Source: Podarcis cretensis (Eukaryota). From it: 64,000 bases of DNA. Positions 14,197 to 27,592 of the stretch are shown one piece after another (the first letter of the stretch is position 1; each line of letters begins with the position of its first letter). The position numbers and the translations under genes were made by a program. Location of the stretch: positions 30,938,001-31,002,000 of the forward strand of contig OX638149.1 in the NCBI GenBank assembly GCA_951804945.1, in the 5' to 3' direction. The notes under the pieces were generated by a model that was not told where the DNA came from, did not search any database, and worked only from the letters and a program-made list of their open reading frames with translations.

Positions 14197-14394
14197 GGGC
14201 AGATTCACATCATACATTTAAAGTGCATTCAACACACATTTAAAGCACATTTAAAGGATTGTGGGAACTGTAGTTTCCCACTCACAAATTTTCCACACCC
14301 TTATCAGACTACAGTTCCCAACATTCTTTGGGGAAAGCCATGAGCTTTAAATGTGCATTGGATGGGCCTTTCCAACGCATGGTGTGGATCTGCC
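14197..14394. mobile_element. palindromic MITE
   Basis: GGGCAGATTCACATCAT ... ATGGTGTGGATCTGCCC termini and internal gggaactgtagt/actacagttccc inverted repeat. Confidence 0.65.
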
Positions 14395-15379
14395 CCCACT
14401 CAGGGATTTGTCTTGCCTGTCATTGGCTCTGCCCCCCCTACTGTTGGTCTCCTTGTCCTTCACCCTACCAGCTGCCATTGTACCTTGGACTTGTACAGCT
14501 TCCATTGATTGCAAGAGGAAATGTTGGTGCATTGGAAGGCCCAGGTGTCTTGCACCTCTTGGTGAATTGTATACTGCACTCTAAAGTCAGCCTTAGAGAA
14601 ATCACTGTTATAGAAAGGCATTGGCAAGATCAGAAAATGTATAGCTGAGAATAAAAAGGGTCTTAAAGGCAAGTCTGAACAAAAAAGAATAGTGGTGCAG
14701 TCTTTATTTGGGAGTAAATTGCATGGAACTCAATGCGGCTTCTTCATTTATTTGAAAATTTATAATCTGCTCTTTCATAAAATATAACAAGGTGGCTTGC
14801 AACATATAAAATACAATAAAACTAGTCTCTAGATAGCTATAAAACATAATTAAAAACATCAATAAAAATCTTGCTAAATATGCATAGGCTCATGCTGTGT
14901 GGGTGAAAAGCAATTTTTGTATTGTTAAGTGGCTATGGAGAAATGTGTTTTGCTCAGTGAGGACCTGAGGCTCATTTGAAAGAAGGCAGATGTAAGTTAA
15001 GCAGAAAGGAATACTTTATAACTACAGTAAAAGTAGTTCAGCACTAGAGCAAGATGCCATGGGAGACCATAGAACGTCTCCCCTTGAAGCATTTCCAGGG
15101 AAAAAAATTGGGCAGGCAACAATTAGGGATGCTTTTGAAAAAGATGAAGGGCGAATGGTGTTAGATTATCTGCTTCTTCCATCTTGTGGTTTAGGATTCA
15201 TAACTTTTAGATGAAGAGTAATTTAGAATGTTGAGACTATTAAGAAAGAGATTTCATACTGCAGGGTTTAAGCTCTAGAGGTGTATCCAGTTGGGGTGTC
15301 TCTATGTGAAGCCTTATGTGTATGTATGCATACAGTCACTGTGAGAAACTGTATTTATAGCTATTGCAAAAATTGTGTA

Positions 15380-15605
15380 CAGTCTTACCTCGGGTTACAG
15401 ATGCTTCAGGTTGCGTTTTTTTGGGTTACCCGCCAAAACCTGGAAGTACCAGAACAGGTTACTTCCGGGTTTCGGTGGTCACGCATGTGCAGAAGCGCTA
15501 AATCGCAACCTGCGTGTGCGCAGACGCGCCACAGCGGGTTGCAAATGCTGTGGGTTGTGAACATGCATCCTGCACAGATCACGTTCGCAACTCGACCGTC
15601 CACTG
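15380..15605. mobile_element. same MITE family
   Basis: TA|CAGTCTTACCTCGG ... CCACTG|TA. Confidence 0.8.
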
Positions 15606-17358
15606 TATTTGTGTCTTTCACAATGTTGCACAGTTAAAATGTACGTATACGTGTATAAGAGTATAGTGCCCTTTAGATTTGGGAAGCAAGACAACTGTAA
15701 GTCTTTTGCATAGGAGTCTGGGAAGAAAGTTGCTCAGGGGAAGTCGATGCATGTGAAATAAAATACTCTCACAATGCAGAAAAAATAGTTTTTATGATTT
15801 AGTTATCAGTAAATTGCAATACACGTAGGCCACATTTGACCCTGGTCAATCCTCAACAGCCTTGTCTGGATTTTGCTGTAAAAATACTGTACAGGTAATT
15901 ATAAACTGGTTTAATGCTTTAATAGTCCTTTTAATTTATTGATCTAGATTTTAAAAATTCCTTAGGGCTCAGCACAGATGTCAACATACTAAATTGAGAA
16001 GATGTGCAACCCCCCCATACAAACCACACACAAAACTAAACAGTCAGTTCTCAACAATAACAAATCTTGCAAACATCAGCCCAGTTGACGAGGTCCTAAG
16101 GGTTCCGTAGTAGAGGTTGCAACGGTTCAGCTGCTTTGCATGCAGATGGTCCCAGGTTCAGTCCCTGGCGTCTTCTGCTAAAAGGATCACGTGGCATGTG
16201 AAGGGGAAGACCTCTTCATGAGACTCTGGAGAGCTACTGCCAATCAGAGTAAAAGCTGGGCTAGATGGAACAATTTTCTGATCTGTATTAGGTAGCTTCA
16301 TATATTCATAATCACTAGGTCATTTCAAGTAAATCTGGGAGAGTTCCCAGGTGCATATAAACCAGAGGTATTTATCAGAAACTGCAGAGGTCTAGGTCCA
16401 GAAGGATCTATGCTTCTAAGTGTGGAGCCAGACTACATGTTGTATGAATGCAAATACTAGTCATATCAGACTAGGGCTTTGCCTGGACAACAGTAGTCTC
16501 TACTGTGCCAGGCTCCTGGCTCCACAGCTCCCTACAAGCCCAGATAATTTGCACATTGGAAATCACCAAACACCACAGAGCTTTTATATTAGGTGGCTCC
16601 ATTTCCAACATGATACTTCCCACCTTCACAGGTCATCTATTCATCTTTGGTTTCGATGTCATATGATGTTGAAAGTGTGTGTGACCCCTAAAATAAGGCA
16701 AACAGGAAGGTTTTATAAAATTTCTGAAAGGTGTTTATGCTTGGCTCTGGTGGATCTCCATGGCAGGGGGGAATTGTCACACAGCTGTGAAGTCACCAAC
16801 TGGGCCTTTTTATATGCCACCATTGCTTGGGAGTAACACAAGAGTTGATTGCTCCAGTGAAAGACTCTCAATTGATACTGAAGATCACTACGAGACATTC
16901 TGGATGAACGAGCCTTCCACCTGTGTATTGTTTCCAGAAGCCCATGTCCAATGCACACCAAACACCTTTGGGAGGCGCTGGCTTTTACCCTAAATTATAT
17001 GATAATGCCATCTCAAACTTTCTCGTATTTCTTTTGCACCAGCAGAGGTTACCTATCCCTTGGGTTGCTAAAGAGAGGCAGCTCTGGGAAGGTATTTCCG
17101 CATCTCACACCTGCAGGGAAACACAGCCTTTAGCCAGAATAGCCAACTGAAAGCTCCTGATTCAGGGGCAATAAGCCCCTGGATACCACATGCTGCGGGC
17201 AACTGTTGCCCTTATGCCTTGCTCTTAAGCGTCCCACAGGCTTCTGGTTCGACACTGTGGGAAGCTCTGAGCTAGCCGGACCTTTGGTCTGACCCAGCAG
17301 GGCTCCTCTTAAGGCGCCAGGAGGGAGCAGTGAGCACAACTTCCTTCTCCTTCCTTAC

Positions 17359-17700
17359 CTTCTTTAGTTTTCAGGATCAGAGAACCGGGTCATCTGCAGG
17401 AGACACTCTCCGCAGGGACTCCAGGTGGGAGCGCACCTCTTTCGGATGTCCAGAGAGTTCTCTTCCCGCCCCGCCGCTCCATAGGCGGCTTGCTTGGCTG
17501 GTGGTGCTGAAGGGACAGCTCCCCGCCGAGCTCCCCAAGCGCTTCCCCGACAGGGTTGCGGAAGGGGCGGACAGCTCCCCTAGGGAAGCCGGGGGAAGGA
17601 GGGCTCCCCACGAAGCCCGGCGGGAGGGTGGGCTGCCGGTAGTAGCGGCTGTGCTGCTAACGGGGACTCTCCGAGCGCCTTTGCTGTTCACACCGCGGCG
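17359..17700 (-). other. probable non-coding first exon of the divergent gene (TMEM63C by synteny; 5' boundary approximate)
   Basis: Strong minus-strand donor AAG|gtaagg at 17359/17358 on the edge of the CpG island. TMEM63C is head-to-head with ZDHHC22 in human. No TMEM63C coding sequence was found in the window, so the identity is inferred. Confidence 0.45.
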
Positions 17701-17749
17701 GCTGGAGGGGGTGGAGAGAGGGAGATCAGGCGGGGAGGGGGGGAGCAGC

Positions 17750-17830
17750 AGCTGGCCCGGGGGCTTCGCGGCGCACAGGGCTGGCTGGTGCTGAAGGAAC
17801 AGCAGCTTCCGCTCCGCTCCAGGCTTCCAG
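17750..17830 (+). other. ZDHHC22: probable non-coding first exon of ZDHHC22 (5' boundary approximate)
   Basis: Donor CCAG|gtaaat at 17830/17831 inside the CpG island, upstream of the coding-exon acceptor at 19272. Confidence 0.5.
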
Positions 17831-18260
17831 GTAAATATGGGGACGGCGGGGAGGACCTATCCAGGCAGCGAGCAAGGGGACTTCAAGGTGAATTCAGCGC
17901 TCCTTGCCAGACAGATAGCCAGACGGAGCTGACTGGAGAAGCGGAGACTCCTGGCAGGTCCCTCGCCAAGTCACCCGCCCGCAGGGCTGGAGCACAGAAA
18001 AGTTCCCAGCGGCGACCATCAGATCCGGGGAGCGGACAGAGTTCCTCGCCTCTGCGCAACGAAGGCAGCGCCTAAGTTCGCCTTCACCATGGACAGAGGC
18101 AAGGGGCGGCCCCTCGAGAACAGGCTGGGGCGCTGGGGCGCCTTGTTAGCAATGTTCTCCCACATTTGAAGTACGTGTGTCGTACATGGATTTGTTTTGG
18201 AAGAGAAAGCCAAGCGTGGAGAGCTGGGTGAGGAAGGCGGGGTGGAGAGGGAAAGTGAAG

Positions 18261-18291
<31 letters not shown>

Positions 18292-19286
18292 GCGAGGGGG
18301 AGGTAGACTTGTAGCAACACCTCGCTGTTTGGGTGTCTGAGCCCCCGCGTTCCTTAAGGTGGGTGGCTGCGTGGGGAGTGGATGTCGGCTTGCTTCGTTC
18401 TGCGATGCGCCTTGACGGAGCAGCGATGCCAGACAGGCTGAAAGCCACAGACAGAGTTCCTTGCTGGCGCACCGCTGGCGGCTGGTGCCCGGCAGCACTT
18501 AAGCAGCTGTTTGGAGCATTTCCTGATGATGCCCATGTCAGGGCAACAGCCGCCGCGGTAATCTGCGGATTTGTGGCTTTCCAGGCGAAATTAGAGCATC
18601 GTTTTGGATCCGTATTGCAGCGGATTAGGACCGCCACCCGGATCCTCGCCTCCCCGCTATCTAATTAATAGCGCATAATAAAACAATAACGGCGCCCTGC
18701 ATGGAAGAAGAGGAACTCCTGAATTGTAGGGCGAGCCTCGGCAGGTCTGCTCAGCACACACACAAATCCTCCTCGGAGTTGAAGGGGACTCGCTCCCGGC
18801 GTGGGTGTCTTGCAGCCTTCCAGAACAGGGGGCCACGAGGAGCAGAGAGAGCTGGGTGGCGGTGCAACCGGCAGGCAGGCAGATAGGCAGGCAGGCAAGA
18901 GGCAGGCAACCTGAGAGAGACACTCCAGGGACTGCGGCCCCTGGCATCTCAGTGGCAATGCTGCCCGCCAGGGGCAGGGCCCTGGAGCCAGACCTGAGCC
19001 TCAGCGATGGAGAGAGAACCTTTGAGTTTGTCCTCCTGTGCACCGCTGAGCAGAGCTAGGAGGCGAAATGTGTGCGGTGTGTTTGTGAGAGATTCCACTG
19101 GGGAAGGGAGCAGGTTGGGAGGGACAAAGAGCCAAGGAGACCTGTGAGGAGGTGCTTCTTTTTCTCCAGCAGCGGGGGGGGGGGGGCGAATGGGGAATCC
19201 TTGTGTGGGAAAGTGCAAGTCCACAGGCTAGGCTGGTGACCACTTGCTCTCTCCTCTTGCTCCCCGTTGCAGGAATGTAATCCACA

Positions 19287-19854
19287 ATGCTAGTCCTCAG
19301 GTTCCTCAATGTGGTCGCTCCTGCCTACTTCCTGTGCATCTCCTGTGTGACCTTCGTCCTCCAGCTCTTCCTCTTCATCCCCAGCATGTTCAAAGACCCT
19401 TCCGCCACCCCGCTCTTCTGCTCCTCCGCTTTGCTGCACGGCGCCCTCTTCCTCTTCCTCTCGGCCAACGCGCTGGGCAACTACATCCTGGTGATCCAGA
19501 ACACCCCCGAGGACCTGAGCAAGGGCCTGAACTGGGTTGGAGGAACCGATGGGGTGGCCCCCGACTGGCCTGATGGGAGCTGCCCCCCTGGCTCGGCCTT
19601 ACCCAACACTCACTTCTGTAGACTGTGTGCCCGGGTCACCCAAAGGCATGACCACCACTGTTTCTTCACAGGGAACTGCATTGGGAGCAGGAACATGAGG
19701 AACTTCGTCATGTTCTGCCTGTATACTGCTTTGGCTTGCCTGGATTCCTTAGTGGCAGGGCTGGCTTACATTTCCACTGTGCTCTCCACCTCCTTTGCCA
19801 ACCCACTGGCATTCCTCACTCTCCTGCCTCAGTCCATCAGCCAGTTCTTCTCAG
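19287..19854 (+). CDS. ZDHHC22: ZDHHC22 palmitoyltransferase, first coding exon
   Basis: ORF MLVLRFLNVVAPAYFLCISCVTFVLQLFLFIPSM...HFCRLCARVTQRHDHHCFFTGNCIGSRNMRNF contains the DHHC cysteine-rich domain and matches ZDHHC22. Acceptor ccccgttgcag at 19272; donor TCAG|gtcagt after 19854 (phase 1). Confidence 0.96.
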
Positions 19855-22800
19855 GTCAGTGTCTTCTCCTCTAGCAGAAGGGGTGATCTGTGGCTCCCTT
19901 CCCTCTCCCCCTCTCCCTGCCAACCCTTCTTTACAAGACTTCCTTTCCCACAACAGCTGTCCCTCCAGCATTGCCAGGAGCCCAGGGGAGGGGGCTGTCT
20001 GTGCCTATGTGGGTTTCCTATGTTTCTTCACCCATCTTTTGCTTTAATTGCTGCTTATTGGAATAGCCAGCAAATAAAAAAGCCAGGGTGCTGTGCAAAG
20101 GCCACCTTGATACACAAAGGTTGGGGCCTGCTCCAGGCTACCGTCCAATGCTGTCTATGTATAATTGATTTGATTCCAAGAAAAGCACCCTGCAATGTCC
20201 TATGGGTGACTCAGTGTGGACCAGCCCAAGGCCATTGTCTGAAAGGTTTTGTACATGTTGGAAGACGGTGGAAAGAGCATTTCATTCTTGTATTATGTGA
20301 CCCGAGGGAAGTTAATGTAGAGGCTTGCAAGAAAGGTTCCTTTTCCAGAGTCCTATTTTCTCAGAAACTCACTGGTTATCACCTGGACTTTGGTTCCTCC
20401 TGCTCTGAACATCATGTCCGTTCCTGTGAAAAGGACAGGAACTCGTTATGGAGAAAATTAATACAGTTAATAATTTAATACTTCATTTAGGCAGAAACCC
20501 TAACTAAGCCAGTTCTATTGAACCTTCAGATCAACATCACACATTAAAAACATATCCAGCTTGCATTGAAAGCAAATGGCTAAGAACTGTACTCGGCCAA
20601 GGGTATTAAGAACTATAGCTCTGTTAGCAGTAAACCACAGTTCTTGTGATTCTCTGTGGGAACTCCTGTGATTTAAATGGGCATTGGATGTGCTTTAAAT
20701 GTGTGGTGTGGATCTGCCCTTATTAACATGCATAGGATTGCACTGCTAAGCTGCTACTCTAAACACACTTGCTAGGTTTAAGTCCCATTGCTGAATAAGC
20801 ATGCATAGGATTGCACTGTCATTGTCTCCTAGTGGAGGTAGACAAAAAGCAGAATTGATGCCAGGCACCCTGCTACATCCCACTTGCAAGTGCTCTGCTG
20901 ACTGAATTTGAAATGTGATTCAGATTCTGACCTTTCTGGCCAAGATCAAACAGGCCTCATCATCATGCTGTTTTTCTTTTTCTCCACACCTCCGTTTGTG
21001 CCCAGTTTCTGGTTTTCCCTCCTCGTATTTGTCAATTTCCACCCCTACTGCTCTTGCTTCTGAAATTCAAGAACCATACAAAAGATCATTAAAATGAGAA
21101 GCACACACACTAAAGCCAGCCCAATACATTTTGCTGCCTGAGGCATAATAGTAAACGCCACCTCTCAAGTTAAGATGAACAGTACCCAAGGCCAGTCAAG
21201 TTATGCTGATTCCTGAAGCAGAAAAATCTCACAAGTAACTTTTCTCTATCCTGGTAGAAAAAATACACTTTAAATAACAAGTTGCTGCCTTTTTTTGACA
21301 CCCAAGAACTGCTGCCTGAGGTAGCTGCCTCACTTTGCCTAATGGTAGGGCTGGGGTCGTGGGCACACACACAGATGGAGTCAGTTCCGAAAGTGATTTT
21401 TCCCACCCAACGGGCTTGCTGTCTGAATGCATTGTGTTTCCAGAGTTTATAGACTGAACGACTTACAAGGAAGCGTTAATATCCCTTCCTGCTGCTAACA
21501 TTGTACAACCAGGGAAGGATTGGGAAAAGGTCAGGGGTGTATATATTATCCACGGGCTTGTTGACTCTAGTCTGTTCTTTATTGTTTATAATGACTGAGG
21601 CTAAATGAACCCAGTTTGTTCCTTAGATAAAAGGATAAATTTGTATGGCTGATAAGCACACAAACGCCAGTTTACTCAGACGGTAGTGTGAAGGTAGACA
21701 TTCATTGCAATATTATTTTAAGGTGGTATCTGAGAAGAGTGGGGTTGTTGTTTTTTTTAAAAAATAATGTTGGATCAATTTCTTAAGCTGACAGCTTGCC
21801 AAGTTCATTCTGATGTTTGGACTCTGCCCAGCTTTTATAAACTGGAAAGGGAGAAGAAGAGGAAAGGCCACTGCAGTCAGGTGCTTTGTTGCGATTCCTT
21901 GATCCCATCGCCTATTCCCTAGCAGTTCTCCCATGAGCTAAGGCATGAGTTCCAATGTGAGCTGCAAAATGGAAGAAAGGTGGGAATATATATGTAACAA
22001 ATAAAATAAAACTAAATGGTGATAAAGAGTATCTCTCTTTGTTGTAGAAGTGCTGCCCCACGATAGTCCTGTTACAGGAAGCCCTGCCATGCATTCTCAA
22101 TCTGAACAACCTACTTGCATGATTTATGGCGATGTTTTATTGTAAGGCATTGATGTATCACCACCAAGGGCTTAATAACATGAAGGGTGAATAAAGAGAG
22201 AAAAATTCTGCCATGGGCTACCATCTTCCCTTTCCCCTGTGGTGCTGTGCCCCAATTAATAAATAATAATAATAATTATTATTATTATTATTATTTTATT
22301 TTATTCTTTGTACCCCACCCATCTGACTGAGTTGCCCAGATAGGAAACAGCCTGAAGTGGGAAAAGATGGAATCGTTTCATTCTATATAGGTGCTTCCAT
22401 CACAAAATAACCTTCCTGAAATGAGCAACTATGGCCAGAGATGTTACACCTTAGGTGGCCTGGAATGGATTTCAAAATTGGATTGGTATGCAAAATCATC
22501 ATCGTGCTTCAGCATTCATTAATTCATTCAGGCAGCCTTCCCATTTCTAGACCTCCCGTTCAACTGTCCTCTGGGCAGTTTACAAAAATCAATAGAATAC
22601 ACAAATGCAATGCAATCAATAAAACAATCTCAATACAAATGACATAAAAACTCAGAACCCAACATAAAACAGATTCAAGATAGCATAGAAATGGAGCAGC
22701 ATAGAATCATTATAAACACCAGCCTAAAAAGCCAGCAAAGGGAAAGCATTTGGTTCCTAGATGCTCTAAAACCCACAACTGAATTTAAATTCTATTTCTG

Positions 22801-23949
22801 ACATGATTAAGTTACAGCAATAGTGTTGTCATCATATCACCTCATGTCCATCTGGAAGAAAATAAAGGCATTCAGGTGGTGAAATGTGGGGGAGCTGAGT
22901 TAGCCTGCCTGCTTCAAAGCTTTTGCAAACTTTGCTCAGAATGAATAATCAAAACAACAACTTCAGCTGTTTTACTGTATCTGCTTGCTTCAAGAAGGAG
23001 ATTAAGAAACCATATGTGTTTTTAAGCAAGTGGCTTCCGGGAGAATTTCAATTAGAAGCGGGAACAAAGAAATTGACAATTTTCCCTCTGCAAATGTTAG
23101 AAACACGACCCCTAAAATGAAGCCTGAAGCCTTTTCTGGGAGAAAATGCCTCAGCACATCTCCTGCTACAGCCTGAGCATTGAAAGGAGATAGCACAGGC
23201 GTTCAATTAATGTCTGCCTCCAGACCCCCTTCCCACTGTTTCAAATCCATCTCACAGTAGAGAAATTACATATGTCCGGGGTTTTTTTGCTTTCCAAAGG
23301 AGCCCGGTCTCTCTTTCACTATTTAGTGTTCATGATGCCTTCCTGCAGCTAATGGGAGCTGACAAGGATGGAAGGATGACACTGCATTTAGAAAGCAATG
23401 TTGAACAGATCCCCTTAACGTCTCTTTCAAGTTTACAGAAGACTCTTGGAATAACCAGCTGCCACCGTCTCCTGATACTGTAACAAGCTGTCATGGGGAT
23501 TCACTACAATGTGGTGGCAGAGAATCTCTCTCTTTCTCCCTCGCCGCCATATTGGAGAGTTAACTGGTGAAATGGATGAGCAGCAAACTCAGGGCAGATA
23601 AAAGAAAGTGATGGTGGCCATTAGCTTAAGTGGCCTTTAAAGTAAAGATTAGACCGTTTCCTAAAAGCAGCGGTGAGGAACCTGTTGCTGGGCTACAACT
23701 CCCATCATCCTTGACCATTGGTCATGGTGGCTGGGCTGATGGGAGTTGGAATTCAACAACATCTGGAGGATGCAGTTTCCCCACCCTTGCACCATGGAGA
23801 ACAAGTCTATCAATGGCTACTCATCATGCATTTGTGAATGGGCAGTGAGAGTCATGTGATAACCCCAACAGGAGGTCTAAATGCTGATTGCTAATGTGTT
23901 CGGCTGAACACACTTAGGAGGGTATGCAACTAACTTATTCAGAGTTGTT

Positions 23950-24330
23950 GACATCCCTCTGCCTTGGGAGACAATGCAGGAGTGTGTCTTTGGGGGTGGT
24001 CAAGCTGCTGGAAGGTTGCAGAGCCTGCTGTGGCTATAGAGACCGATACTGGAGAGACATGTTTTGCTGCAGGTGGGGCAGATGAAGGTGTCCGGTTGTG
24101 CTGCTGCAGATGCTTCTTCTCTCTGCACTCCTCCTAGCAAGCCATTCCTCCTCCAGTCACTGCTATAGATACATGACCTGACTGTCTGTCTCCAGGCACT
24201 GCGGTCGTCTGCAAGGGATTTCCACATGGCAAGGCTGGTTGTTGCCAGCCTTCTTGTCACTGTTTGCAGCACTGGTTTGCCAATGGGCCTGGTGCCTGAA
24301 GCCGACTCCCCATAGAGCACTTAGAGTAGA
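23950..24330 (-). mobile_element. RTE-like LINE 3' fragment
   Basis: LYGE..G.RP.G.P, WKSLADDRSAWRQ and a C-terminal CPTC..SIGLYSH motif; a related fragment lies at ~37210-37420 (+). Confidence 0.75.
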
Positions 24331-24980
24331 CCCACTGAAATTAATGAACAAGGTTAGGTTAGGTCCATTAATTTAAATGGCCTGTTCTGAGTAAAGGTTA
24401 ATTGGATTCCACTCTTACAGTCCTCCCCATGAGCATGGAGCCACTGCCTGTCCATGGATCCAGTTTAAGAACTTCTGAATAGGGGTCATGTTCAGAAGCA
24501 ATATAGCCCTTAATAGGAGATGTGGAAGAGAATCAGCAGTGGAGAGCTATTGCCATCACACTCTGATTGCAGGGTTCCCATTGTTCATGTTGAGCTGGCT
24601 CCTGTTGGAAATAGGCTGGTAGATTAGATGTTGCCCCTCTCTGGAGAGGTGGAGGAGAAGGAAGAAGAATGAGGGTGTGGGATGCAATTTGCTGCGGCTT
24701 CTCTAGGGTCTCTCTGAGCCCCGGCACAGCCAGCCACATGCTTAAGTTAAGCACAGCTTAAATTCCTGGCTGCGCTACCTAGCCTGTCGTTTGCCCCTTC
24801 CTGCTTGAATTTCTCTCCCCCCACTCTGCGTTTTACTGCACTTTAATAATGATTGGGGGATTATTGGCTTGTTTTTGCTCTTATTTTTATTATGCATTTT
24901 GTGTGTGTGTTTTGTTTAAATAATGTATTTTACGTTGTGGACTGCTCTGAGATCTACAGATAAAGGGTGGTATACAAATT

Positions 24981-24982
<2 letters not shown>

Positions 24983-25021
<39 letters not shown>

Positions 25022-25073
25022 TAATAATAGTCTGAGCCATCAAAGCACTAAAGGAGGTGGAGAAAAGGTGGGA

Positions 25074-25115
<42 letters not shown>
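24983..25115. repeat. (AAT)n and (TTA)n tracts facing each other
   Basis: Seen directly; probably tails of two oppositely oriented retroelements. Confidence 0.85.
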
Positions 25116-25121
<6 letters not shown>

Positions 25122-25230
25122 GTCCATGTAGGAACTCAAAAGAATCTGTGGTTTATTTTGAAATAACTGCTATGCCCATTGCTTTGATAAGGGGCCAATG
25201 GGAACTGGAGGACCCACTGAGTATCTTATA

Positions 25231-25471
25231 TAGTGGTACCTCGGTTTACGAACATAATTCATTCTGGAAGTCCATTCTTAAACCAAATCCATTCTTAAAC
25301 TGAGGCACGCTTTCCCTAATGAGGCCTCCTGCCGCTGGTGCCCTTCCACTGTCCGGTTTCCATTTGTACACTGAGATAAAGTTTGCAAACCGGAACACTA
25401 CTTCTGGTTTTGCGGAGTTCATAAATTGAATTGTTCATAATCAGGACTGTTCTTAAACTGAGGTACCACTG
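25231..25471. mobile_element. Tigger/pogo-like MITE
   Basis: TIR (C/T)AGTGGTACCTC ... GAGGTACCACTG, TA flanks. Confidence 0.8.
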
Positions 25472-27163
25472 TACCTAGAACACTAGAACAACCAAGCCAT
25501 AACCCTTCTGGTCTCACCAGGAAATTACCGGTAGCTTTCCTAATGAGATCAGAAAAATTGTGACGGGGCTATGCTTTGCTTAGTATGGTTCTCTCTGTTG
25601 CTTGGATGAGAATAATTCTGATCTTTCCTACTGACCTCTTGGCAATATCTCCTTCAAGCTGAGATAGTAACATTACAAATGTCTTTAACAGAACCCTGAA
25701 GGAATTACTTGCTGACGTTTGATCATTATATAAATACCTTGATAAATGTTATAGAAAACTCTTTAAAGAGCATCAAGAATTGCATAGTAGAACCCTTGGT
25801 CATGTCCGTCCATTTTATTCAATTCTCCTGATATATTTGAGTTTTGAGTATCCCTGAAGCAATTTAACTACAGGTAAATGCATTCCTGTTTAACCCACTG
25901 CCTAATTATCCAGCTGTTTGGGATGCTTCTTGGGCTATTTGGAGAAATGAGTTTGTTACATAGTTCTATGAATCACTAAAGCTATTAAAACTAGCTAATA
26001 GTCTGGTCCAATTTTCTTCTCCATAGACATTATATAATATTTTAAAACAAACCATTATTTTCCTCTGATTTTCATACCATTCAAGTAAGAGGGAATACCT
26101 AACAGTAGCGCCGTTATTGGTAACACACAATATGAAACTCATTAACTATCAATAATTTAATAATGATCATCCATGGCTTAAACTGAAAGAATAGGTTTTT
26201 ATCCTATTGTAGGCATTCAATGCCAGGATGTTTGTGTTATCACCCAGCTTTGTTACATACATTTAAGCTGCTCCGCTGGCTCTTCTTTATAAGATTGTTT
26301 ATTTCATTGAAATCATTTCTATATATTTTAAACGCCTTGCAATTTAACTTAAAGCATCAAATAAAGAATGACAGAGTATCAAAACATTACAGATGAAGGT
26401 CAAATAAAACACACTTTTAAAGCAGCAAGGAAAACAAAATATTGAACATAAATGTTCAAATAACTTGAACATAGAACATTGTAGTTAAACGTGTTTCAGC
26501 TGGCTAAAGATCTTTTCTTAAAGTTCAGTCTGTCGCAATGTTACAATGTTCTCAGATCCTCACAGTGCAAACCTTGGAAGATAAAGAGATATACTAGAAA
26601 GCCTCATTAGGCACAGTTCAACCACAGCCAGAGCCAGAAGTTCCTTAGCCCTGCTTTAAAGAAAAGAACTAGGATCTGGAATTATGACAAGGGGCCAATG
26701 CCCTTGAGGGTACAATGAGCGAAGGTTTCTCGTCTTGCACCAAGAGGCTTCCTGTCGTACTTCTGGTTTTCTGTGGCTGTGGTCAATTTGAGCAATGTGT
26801 GTAAGCACCCTAATTTAGCCCATTGAGTTCAACAGGATTGAGATGTGACTAGCTTTCTGGGGCTTCTGAATGAATTCACATGATAAATGACAAATGAAAA
26901 GATTAAACCAGCTTTTCTTTTGAGGAAGATGAATATATTTTTTGATCAAAGTAAATATATTCAAGGGTTTGGGGGGGGGGGAGAGTGACACAAATTGGCA
27001 CTGTCCTGATTCTATCTATTCCAGTATTATTCCAGAGAGGTATCTGTGTTAGTTTGTAGCTCAAAAAGAGAAAATAATAAAAGCTCATGGCACCTTAAAA
27101 GACTAACAGATTTCTTGTGGCATAAATGTTTGTGGAGCCAGCCTATTTCATCCTTATAAGATA

Positions 27164-27405
27164 CAGTGGTACCTCAGGTTACAGACGCTTCAGGTTACAG
27201 ACACTTCAGGTTACAGACTCCACCAACCCAGAAATAGTGCTTCAGGTTAAGAACTTTGCTTCAGGATGAGAACAGAAATTGTGCTCTGGCGGCGCGGTGG
27301 CAGCAGGAGGCCCCATTAGCTAAAGTGGTGCTTCAGGTTAAGAACAGTTTCAGGTTAAGAACGGACCTCTGGAAGAAATTAAGTACTTAACCCGAGGTAC
27401 CACTG
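27164..27405. mobile_element. Tigger/pogo-like MITE
   Basis: Perfect TIR CAGTGGTACCTC/GAGGTACCACTG, TA TSD. Confidence 0.85.
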
Positions 27406-27592
27406 TATAAGATATTAGGTACAGGGAAGGAGGGAATTGTAAACTGTGAATTCAAATGATTGTGACAGGTAAAAAGTACAGTCTGAGTTAAAGCTTAGAT
27501 GCATGCAGAATAAACACAGTGACTATTCATAGCCACAGTAATTGTTGACAACATAATCAACCTAGAATTGCTAAGTCAATAAACATCTCCAG

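Larger units (their letters stand above)
17330..19200. promoter_or_regulatory. CpG island / bidirectional promoter region
   Basis: Sharp rise in GC and CpG content, GC boxes (cccgccccgcc at ~17465, ggggcgg at ~17564 and ~18103), and divergent splice donors at 17359(-) and 17830(+). Confidence 0.8.

Noticed and set aside
1-17300. TMEM63C coding exons
   Set aside because: No ORF matched the expected TMEM63C N-terminus. The region looks intronic, and coding exons probably lie left of the window.
17330-19309. Many overlapping 60-160 aa ORFs
   Set aside because: Expected in a GC-rich CpG island with few stop codons; no recognisable domains.
19795-20478. 227-aa + strand ORF
   Set aside because: Out of frame with ZDHHC22, runs through the donor into the intron, and has no protein-like features.
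25690-25875. AT-rich segment with exon-like splice signals on both strands
   Set aside because: Stops in the plausible frames, no motif match, and it lies beyond the inferred terminal exon of the FBXL18-like locus.
27164-27405. Short repeated units (cttcaggtta) resembling a CRISPR array
   Set aside because: Internal subrepeats of a MITE in a vertebrate genome; no unique spacers or cas genes.
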